Part shown: positions 12,855 to 21,726 of the stretch, in pieces
How the letters are laid out: each line of letters begins with the position of its first letter
Position numbering within the stretch: position 1 is the stretch's first letter
Source: Selaginella moellendorffii
Lineage: Eukaryota; Plantae; Lycopodiophyta
DNA length: 64,000 nt
Reading direction: 5' to 3'
Assembly: GCF_000143415.4 (NCBI RefSeq)
Contig: NW_003314377.1
Location: 124,001 to 188,000 of the forward strand
The notes under the pieces: generated by a model
What the model saw: only the letters and a program-made list of their open reading frames with translations
Databases searched by the model: none
Told to the model about the DNA's origin: nothing
Made by a program: the position numbers and the translations under genes

Positions 12855-13530
12855 TGAAAGGTTTGCCCATAAGGTGTTGGAAAAAAGGGTTGTAGCATTC
12901 ATTTGTTATAGCTCATCAGTTGATCTGTTAGCACTTGGAGTAGATTGTTGGATGGAGAAGATGTGTAGTTGGGGCATTGATCATCACCAACACTTGTGTT
13001 AGTGGAAGTGGCATTGTTATTTCGAGTGATGAGGAATTTTCCTTGGACCTTGATTTTCCATGTCATTTTTCTTGTTAGTGTTTTAACTATACATTAAATC
13101 TTGAAAGTGATTGAAGAAAAGTGTTAGTGCAACGTGGATATCCTAAAATATGGTCTTCGTGATCAAGCCTTAGATGTTCACTTTGCACTTTGCGGATGTC
13201 GGTGTTAGATGTCGGAAGTATGGGCAAAAATGTTCGATGCTTTAGCATATTGTTGGGTCATGAGATTGGTGTTGAAGTGAACCTATATGAAGTGTAGGTA
13301 AGAGAAACTTGGTTGAGTCTTGAAAGTTTGTATTCCTAGAGTGAGAGTCATTCTTTCTTTAGTTTTCCACAAATTTTCTTAGACTTTTCCAATGGTTGAT
13401 TTGTTGATCACTTTGCCTGAAAATCATTTTGTTTTTGTAAAGCTAGTGAAGGGGTTGGAGTTGACTTTGGTTGGCTTAAATCTTAGTAAATAACTTATAT
13501 GATGCAACCCGAAAGGGATGCTGACCTTTG

Positions 13531-14225
13531 TGTAAGCTCCTGAGTTTGGACTTCCCGGGAGGTCACCTAGCCTAGTACTATTCAAACACAAGGATGCTTA
13601 ACCCCAAGTATCCCAAAACCCTTAACCGATTGGAAAAGGGGGTGCACTCTTTCTTATTCATGGGCCCTTTCCTTCTATATTTAAACTCTATGGACCATCT
13701 TTCAAGTCGTTCTCTTTGGTTGCTTACAATCCACCACGCTTTTCTACAAGTTTATGCTCTCGTGAACGGAAGTTAAGAGCCGCAGCTCTCCTGAGAGCCC
13801 CGCTCTCTTGACACCCTACCCCTCGGGTCGAGCCCAGCAGGAGCAAACTGCCCTCGTGAATGGAAGCTGAGAGCCACAGCTCTCCCGAGAGCCCTACTCT
13901 CTTGACACTCTACCCCTCGGGTCGAGCCCAGCAGGAGCAAACTGGACCAGCCAGATGTCAATCAACATATGATGTGATTCCCCTAGCCAACCAACAAAGC
14001 TGGACTTGAGACCCCTCTGATACCAAATGTAAACTCCTGAGTTTGGACTTCCCGGGAAGTCACTTAGCCTAATACTATTCAAACCCAAAGACACTTAACC
14101 CCAAGTATCCCAAGACCCTTAACCGATTGGAAAAATGGGTGCACTCTCTTTTATTCATGGGCCCTTTCCCTCTATATTTAAACCCCATTGACCGTATTTC
14201 AAGTCGTTCTTTTTGGTTGCTTACA
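13531..14225 (-). mobile_element. TRIM (second family) nested in LTR element copy 2
   Basis: 198-bp LTRs at 13531-13728 and 14028-14225 (TGTA...TACA). Minus-strand PBS at 14015-14025 and PPT-like tract next to 13728. TSD CTTTG at 13526-13530 and 14226-14230. Internal 75-bp duplication (13776-13850, 13870-13944). Confidence 0.93.
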
Positions 14226-15277
14226 CTTTGAAGTTAAGGCAATTGAGTTGGATAAAGTCTAGAGTTGGTGTGGAAAAGTGGTTGTTACACTTTTCTAAGA
14301 AAGTTGATCCTTATGCCTTTCTTCTGTAGTGTTATGCTCGATGGCAGGTTGCACCTTGCATTTTATTAAACTCTATGAGAGTAGTGAGCTCTCACTGATC
14401 TTGACTTAGTCTTGGTGGTCCTATGCCTTGGCTGAGGATAGTGATGTCCAACTTACTTATTTGAAGTTGAGATGTTGGTACCTATACTATAACTTTGTCT
14501 ATGAGGAGGTTGTGTACCAATATGAGTCCATCTCATGGTCTACACTTTAGTTTTGACTAAGTGTTGATCATGCCTAGCTAGCCTCTTCAAGGCATGCTCA
14601 GGGCTGTTGGCTAAATACATTAGTGAGCTTATTGCGGTTGAGTTGGATTTGAATGGTCATTTAGTTTGTGCTTATCTATGAACTTTTATTTCGTATCTGG
14701 GGTATCATATTCATGTTAAGATAAGTATATAACTTGATGACAAAAGTTGGTGTTTGGGTTTTGTGAAAGCAAGTTGAGGAGTGATTGTTAGTTGCTTTGT
14801 GACTAATGATTACTTGTAAACTTTGTTAAGGACTATTGACACTTGCTTTGCTCAATGATGATTTAGCAGTGATGGGCTTGTTTTACCGGATGGTGTTGTG
14901 GAGGATTGTGTCATTAGACTTACATGGTTTGTTCCATGTTGGCATATCGATTCTACCTCTATCAATATCATTTTATTGCGTTTAGTTCGTAGTGTTAGAT
15001 TTTATTGAGTCTTGGACGTGGTAAATCACTCCTTGATGATGTGTTATTTATAGTTGAGTATTGTTGAAAGAATTAGTCTCCGATACTAACTAAAATATCT
15101 TTGATTTTGGTTAGCTTGGTTGCTAAAGAGTTTTGAGTGGTGATTCACTCTTGCTTTCTTTTAGTTTGTTCTGCTGTTTAATAGCATTGAAGTGGTGCCT
15201 TGTCGTTAACATTATTAATGTTGAGATTTGAGTGAAATGAAATGTCTCTCATGAAACAGTACTAAGAAACCCTGTAG

Positions 15278-15466
15278 AAACTCCAGGCGGACGAAGATCT
15301 CTACATGAGGATGAAGTTCTTCATCAAAGACTTGTCAAGCTTCGAAAGTGACGAAGAAGCTCAGGAAAGGCTCGAGCACTCTGGCAAGTCACAGTATTTC
15401 TTCACGACGGCATGCGAGGAAGAAATCACGAGGATATACTGCGTCACGAGAATTATCCTAGGATAA
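15278..15466 (+). pseudogene. truncated paralogue remnant of the orphan ORF at 19590-19958
   Basis: DLYMRMKFFIKDLSSFESDEEAQERLEHSGKSQYFFTTA aligns with DLETRCRILVHDLLNFES-EEAQARLCFDPAARFFLSRA. There are in-frame stops upstream and similarity is lost after ~40 codons. Confidence 0.6.
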
Positions 15467-16177
15467 ATCTCGCAAAACCTGTGGATAATTCTCCGGACCC
15501 AGTATTACCTAGATAAAAAGAGAGAGCAGGATGACGAAAGTGTAACAAAGAAAAAAGGAACAAACGAAATTTTAAAGTACTGAAACTGACCTCCAATGCA
15601 GATAGTACCTAAGCTTTGGACAGCGATCCCGTCGTTTCAGCCGCTGTCGTGCTGCTGCTTTGATGAGTCCTTCGAAAATGTATGCCTTGTTCGTCGAGAA
15701 AGCTCAAGCTACAGAAGAAGAAAGAATGAAACGAACGAGTGTTAATGCAGCAAAAACAAAATATCGCTTTTGTCCTATCGCACACAAACCACTCACAATT
15801 GTTGCGATGGTTCGTCCTGTGAGAGATAGAGCACAGTGCGCAAGTTGAGGCGCTCTAGAAAAGGAAAATTGAGCTGATGAACAACACCTGATCCTGCGAG
15901 ATCGTACTCCACCATGCCATAGTTGAGAGGAGCTCATGTCACTCACGGAGGAGACACTGGAGAGAGGCTTTCAGCACTCGAGAACACGGCTACGGATCAT
16001 CGCCTGCAAATCTGAGCGGCAAGACGAACGAGAAATGAACAGGAGAAGATGAAGAGGGAAACAAATAAGAGAAAAGAAGTGAAGTAGTGGATATTCCAAG
16101 GATATGCGAAGATACGCTTAATCTCACGCCCTCATCGCGTGGCGATTCTGTTCGCCATCGCACATCTGGTCTGTTCA

Positions 16178-17072
16178 GTTCATCCATAGCTTGAGCACTC
16201 GATCCTTTCCCCGATGCGACTTTTTGGCCGTCAGGGCTCCAATCCACGGCAAAAACCTGCACAGGAATGTTTTGCTCGTAAGCATCCCTTGCGGCTTTGA
16301 AGAGGTACCTCGTCGGCATGACCCGGAAGATCCTCCAGAAGTTTATGGTTTCTCATGTTCCACACCTGTTTCCCAAATGGTGAGGATATGAGAGTGAAAA
16401 AAGAATGCCAACCTTCAACGTAGAATCCTTGCTTCCACTTAGTAAAGTCGGCTATCAGCTGACCAACTGATTCACCTCGTTCAAAACGAAACCACCACAG
16501 AAGAAGATCGACAAGGAAGACGAAAAACAAAGAGAGACCTTATCTGATAAACCGGACCAACATGTCTGCGGAACGTGGTGACGTACTCCATTCCAAAGCT
16601 TGACGGACTTATCAAAGGATGCACTGGCAATCCACCGGCCATCAGGCGAGAAGTAGACGTGATTGACAAGCTGAAAACATGGAGCAGCATTACAAGCAGG
16701 ACGCCAATGATGAGAACGTTACCTGTTGATGGCCAGACATACGCGTCTTTGGATGCTTGCCAGTTGCAGGGTCCCATAGGTACATTGACGAGCCTTTCTT
16801 GGGAATCACCTTTGGCGGCTTTGTATCTTCTAAACGCGGCCTACGACACCACCGTGAGAAACAGATGGAAGAGAGTCACAGTAAGTGTTACCTCTTTGAT
16901 CTCTTCGTCTGTTGCAAAAGTTCTTCCTGTGTGATCGAATGGTCCAGTCCTTAGAACATACTCCGTGCTTAATGCTAATGTGTTAACCCAGTGAGCATGA
17001 CAGTGTCAATGTCACAGTAAGAGATCACAAGCAGGGCATCCCTCCAGCTTAAGCACCTCGCGCGGTGTGTAC

Positions 17073-17112
<40 letters not shown>

Positions 17113-17618
17113 GTACTAGGAATTCCTCGTAGGCTGAATGACACAGACAAAATATGGCCTGATAGTTCAACTAAGTTTGATTCGAAAACGAAATAACACT
17201 TCGCACCTGAGATGGTCGCTGAGCAACGCGTAACCGGACGGATCCGGAAGATCGCTTGCGGGTGGTAAACTATCTGCAGATCCTTCTCCACAGATACTGA
17301 ATCCCAAAAGAAAATGGAGCGTTGCTTCATGAAACTATTTCGATTCTAGATAGAGAGCACCTTTGTTTCGAAGTACGTGTTCTCCGAGCTGTCCAACGAG
17401 CTCGAGATCGTTAATATAAAAGGCGTATGGGAGCGGCTCTTCCCATACAAACGAAAAAGAATAAGAATTACACGAAGGAAGCGAAAGAAAGAAAGAATGC
17501 GTCGCTCACATTGTGAAGAACAGTGTTGATGAGCGTCTGGAGCTCCTTCTGCGTGAGATTCTGCGGCACATCCAAGCGCTCCAGCATTCACGAAGACGCA
17601 GATGATGTTATCCTCCAT
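16178..17618 (-). pseudogene. NLE1: Notchless (NLE1) WD40 ribosome-biogenesis gene, intron-containing but disrupted
   Basis: Motifs VSVEKDLQIVYHPQAIFRIRPVTRCSATISG, HWVNTLALSTEYVLRTGPFDHTG, HVGPVYQI and DLPGHADEV-FAVDWSPDGQKVASG. Frameshifts are present and the middle WD repeats are missing. Confidence 0.8.
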
Positions 17619-17862
17619 CGGAGAACCCTAAATCTCTACTAAAAATTTTAGCTTGTTGGAACGAGGAAGAAGACGATCGCAATGCGGCGCTCGGCGGAAG
17701 CGATCCTCCTTCTTGGAGGATCATCCATCGATTCTGTGGCAGCGCCGCTTCCATCAGATGGATTGATCGATCGGCGATTGCTTACTTATCAGGTAAAGAA
17801 ATTCCAAAATCTCCTCGTTTTATTTTTCCCTTCCATCTTGGCTAAGGTGCGTGTGAGCGGCG

Positions 17863-19370
17863 ATGGCGCTCTCTCTCCAATTCCCGGTCTCCACGCCCCG
17901 GCAAGCGTCGCTGGAGATTTCAAAGCTAACGCCCGGCTGCCTTGCGTCGTCCTTCTCCTTGCGATCTCCTTCCACTTCTTCGCTCCATTCTCTCGGCACA
18001 AGCAGCGGCATTGCCACGGCCGTGAAGAAGAGCTCGAGAAGATGGAGAGCGGCGAAGACGGTGGCGATGGCGGCAGCCGCTAACGAGGTGTCGAATCGCA
18101 AGGTACTGATTGTCAACACCAATTCCGGTGGACACGCCGTGATTGGCTTCTGGCTCGCCAAAGATCTCGTCGCTGCTGGCCACGAAGTTACTGTCATGAC
18201 TGTCGGTGAGGAGAGCTCGGATAAGATGAAGAAGCCACCATTCTCGCGGTTCTCGGTATGTTCTTGACCATGTCTTCTGTATATTCGTGCTTCCTCTTCC
18301 GTTTATTCTTTGCAGGAACTGCGAGATCTTGGAGTATCAACCGTGTGGGGCGATCCGAAAGACGTTGGAGCAGCCGTGGGTGGCAAATCGTTCCATGCCG
18401 TTTTGGACAACAATGGAAAAGATTTGGATGCTGTGAAGTATGCGATCATCTTTCTCGTCTTAGAGGATGAAGTTGGCTGGTTTTTTTGCAGGCCTGTTGT
18501 GGACTGGGCGAAATCCCAAGGTGTGGAGCAATTCTTGTTCATCAGTAGCGCAGGAATCTACAAAACTAGTGACGAGCCTCCGCACGTCGAAGGGGTAAGC
18601 AACCTCCACTTTCTCTCTTTTCTTTCTCGCTTCTCAGCTCAAGCGAATTGCTGCAAACAGGATCCTGTGAAAGTGGACGCAGGCCACGTCGGTGTGGAGG
18701 ACTACATTTCAAAGTCGGCTTTCAAGTTTTGGTCCTCGTTTAGACCCCAGTACATGACTGGCTCCGGGAACAACAAGGACTGCGAGGAATGGTTTTTCGA
18801 CAGTAAGCTTTTCCTTCTTCTGTTCGTGTTTCAAGGGATCATGAAAACGTTTTGGACAGGAATTGTTAGAGACAAGCCCGTCCCGATACCTTCTCCGGGG
18901 ATCCAAGTGACAAACATTGCTCATGTATCCGACTTATCGAGCATGATAACACTGGCGATTGGGAAACCGAGCGCGTCCAACGCTACCATCTTCAATGCTG
19001 TGAGCGACCACGCTGTTACTTTCGATGGTCTCGTCCGGTTGTGCGCCAGAGCTGCGGCGAAAGAAGCGAAGATCGTCCACTACGACGCCAAAGCTCTGGG
19101 AATCGATGCGAGGAAGGCATTTCCTTTCCGAAACATGGTATGCCCAACCTTTGATTATTTTGGTTTTCATATTTTCCTTTCGTTGTTTGCGCTGCTGTAT
19201 AGCATTTCTACGCGGAACCAAGAGCAGCAAAGGAGAAGCTCGGGTGGACGAGCTCGACAAATCTCTCAGAAGCATTGAAGGAGAGGTACGAGGAGTACAT
19301 CAAAATTGGGAGAGACAAGAAGGATATCAAGTTTGAGATCGATGATACCATTCTGAGCAAAGTCGGATAA
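17863..19370 (+). CDS. CSP41a: chloroplast stem-loop RNA-binding protein 41 kDa a (NAD-dependent epimerase fold), multi-exon
   Basis: Ser-rich transit peptide; [57 protein letters not shown]|HFYAEPR; GT-AG introns. Confidence 0.95.
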
Positions 19371-19550
19371 ACATTGCTTTGCCAAATGAGGTTCTTCCAT
19401 ACGACGTGGTCAGTAGTATCCCGTCTCAGAGAACCAGTAATGTCACTTTCAGATCGAAGGATGTTTGAGCTTCTCTGAGTTTTTTTTCCTGCTTGCTTCA
19501 TCGCTTACTTAAAGGTCTAAACTACAAATGAAGAATGAGGTTAACATTGG

Positions 19551-19560
19551 CTATATAAAT
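19551..19560 (+). promoter_or_regulatory. TATA box of the orphan ORF
   Basis: CTATATAAAT about 38 bp upstream of the ATG at 19590. Confidence 0.6.
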
Positions 19561-19589
19561 ACGGGGACAATTAGGGCTCGTGAAGCTTG

Positions 19590-19958
19590 ATGGATCTCGA
19601 GACCAGATGTAGGATTTTAGTACACGATCTTCTCAACTTCGAGAGCGAGGAGGCGCAGGCGAGGCTTTGTTTCGATCCAGCTGCGCGATTTTTCCTCTCT
19701 CGGGCTTATTTATCCCCAGAGGAGGTGGACAAACTCAGCAAGACGCAAACTAGCGAGGGCAAAACTTTGGGCGAGGCGCTGGAGGAGGTTTTGGAGCGGA
19801 AGAAGGGCAAGGGGGACTACCAGCTGTGCACGTCACACGACATCGCGCCCATCTTGCAACAGGCGCTCGGCATCCACAGGGATTTCCAAAAGAATCCAGC
19901 GTTTAAGAAGGCCTTGAAGGCATTCAACAAGGAATGGAAGAAGAGAAAACCTTTGTAA
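19590..19958 (+). CDS. intronless 122-aa orphan protein of unknown function
   Basis: Clean ORF with GC3-rich codons, a canonical TATA box and a diverged paralogue remnant at ~15290. No plant domain recognised. Confidence 0.75.
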   Translation: MDLETRCRILVHDLLNFESEEAQARLCFDPAARFFLSRAYLSPEEVDKLSKTQTSEGKTLGEALEEVLERKKGKGDYQLCTSHDIAPILQQALGIHRDFQKNPAFKKALKAFNKEWKKRKPL

Positions 19959-19991
19959 GAACTCCTTTGTAAAAATTACAAGTAATCGACC

Positions 19992-20576
19992 AGAATCGAA
20001 CCCGAAACGTATGCTTTGCGAAACCGATGTCCTAACTGGCTGGTCAAAGTTGTTTTAGTGAGCTAGCGAACCAGAACAAGGGCTACTTAAAGAGCATGAT
20101 TTTGCATAAAAGTCCTTGTTGATTGGACCCTTCGGCATCGAACCCGGGTCTTCTACACCGGTTTACCTCTACACTTACCTGATAGCCATCATCTCAGCAA
20201 CCGGGTTCCAGTATTAAAAAAATCATACCATGTACTTGAACCATATGACATGGGTCTTTGCGAAATCCATGGCGTTTTTGTTAGATCGCCCACCAGACGA
20301 GATTATCCCCCCGCATTCGTGCTGCTCGGCGTTTCGTCCTTGGCAAAGCCCCATCTTGGGTTGTGGAATTAGAAGGACTGGAAGAATCGATCATCGTGGT
20401 AATGGATAGTCAAGAGTTATGGCCTGGGTTGCAATAGAAACTCGCAGAGCAATCTCCACAGCCGCAGGAGCTTTGCGATCTTCTGCTGGTGTGAATCTCA
20501 TCAGTCCCAAAACTCCACGTTTTGGCAATCCAACGAAACCTGTAGCGTGTGGCCATACAAACGAACATACCTCGGT
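19992..20576 (-). repeat. tRNA-like repeat copy B plus duplicated 3' PIG-T fragment (duplicate of 6371-6935)
   Basis: Near-identical to 6371-6935, with an extra ~19 bp near 20366. Confidence 0.88.
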
Positions 20577-20754
20577 GTGATCACTCACTCGAAAATCTCT
20601 GCTTTTACGAGTGGAGTGAATCATCTTCCGAGCGTGTGGTTCTCCATGGGATAAGGCTGCTACTTTCTGTTTTTTCAGTAAGTATTTTTCTGTTTGCTAC
20701 TACTTGTTTGGTAATTTGGTTTGCAAGCTTAAGCTCTTGAAACTGATGAAATCT

Positions 20755-20859
20755 GGCACCAGGGGTGCTTGCCCTGAAAAGAGTCTTTCTTCTGAAAGGG
20801 TAGGCTGAGATGAGACCCTCACGACCTGATCAGGATAATTCCTGCGAAGGGAGTGTGCC
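20755..20859 (+). ncRNA. TPP (thiamine pyrophosphate) riboswitch aptamer, plant type, inside a putative intron 20678-20886
   Basis: GGCACCAGGGGTGCTTG-[P3]-AGGCTGAGA...ACCCT...ACCTGATCAGGATAATTCCTGCGAAGGGAGTGTGCC. Stems: P1 GGCAC/GTGCC, P2 AGGG/CCCT, P3 CTTGCCCT/AGGGTAGG, P5 CAGG/CCTG. CTGAGA and GCG ligand-binding motifs are intact. Donor GTAAGT at 20678; pyrimidine tract and TGCAG acceptor at 20886. Confidence 0.95.
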
Positions 20860-20953
20860 GACGCTGTATTTTATTTTTCTGTGCAGGTTTTATGACGATC
20901 GCACAGAATCAAGCTTGTGCACTGTATCTCAGATATCCAACTTGAAGTGACTC

Positions 20954-21037
20954 TATCGAGGATGATAATGGGAAAACTGAGCGCGTCCAACTTCAATGGT
21001 GTGAGCGACCACCCAAAGCAGGCATTTCCTTCCCGAA
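20954..21037 (+). pseudogene. patchwork fragment of the neighbouring CSP41a exon
   Basis: Matches 18935-19011, 19088-19094 and 19115-19132 with the intervening sequence deleted. Confidence 0.8.
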
Positions 21038-21118
21038 TTTAAATTGAATTATTCTGTGTTTTGACTTTTAGAGCAAAGAATATTGTTTCCTTTATTCTAT
21101 TTTAAGTTAGTATTGGCA

Positions 21119-21361
21119 AGAATCGAACCGGAAACGTATGCTTTGAGAAACCGAGGTCCTAACTGACTGGTCTAAGTTGTTTTAGTGAGCTAGCGAACCA
21201 GAATAATGGCTCCTTATTTAGCAAAATTTTTGCATAAAAGTCCTTGTTGAGTGGACCCTTCGGCATCGAACCCGGGTCTTGTACAACGGTTTACCTTTAC
21301 ACTTACCTGATAGCCATCATCTCAGCAACCGGGTTCCAATAAAGAAATATCATACCATGTA
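21119..21361 (-). repeat. tRNA-like repeat copy C
   Basis: Near-identical to 6371-6614. Confidence 0.85.
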
Positions 21362-21726
21362 GTTAAACAAGTACTGGACGAGATTGGGATCTAGATGGAT
21401 CGATCACGCTCGATCGCCTCGCCTCTTCTGCTTGCACCGGGAACAAGATCCACCGCGTAGCGAGCAGCCTCAACCGATCCATCGCGATTCAAGATGGAGA
21501 AACCTCAAGGCGGTCTAAATGCTTGGCCCCTCTCGGCAGACCCACAAATTTTCATCCAGCGACAGAAATAAGGGCCACAACATTTTCTAACCCCCAGCTC
21601 CATTTGCTTGAGAAATCGTCGCCTCTTCTTGAGTTTGCTCGCACATTTTTTTGGAATTGAGAACGAGGAGAAGAAACAATCCTCAATGCTTGAGATATAT
21701 TTTTCTTCTCTGGGTTGTGGTGTTTG

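Larger units (their letters stand above)
10170..15240 (+). mobile_element. LTR retroelement copy 2 (non-coding, LARD-like), 3'-truncated
   Basis: LTR 10170-11303 (TGTCGCG...CACTACA) followed by PBS TGGTATCAGAG (11306-11316). The internal region is colinear with the reverse complement of 1-2760 up to ~15063. No 3' LTR is seen and the right boundary is approximate. Confidence 0.85.
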
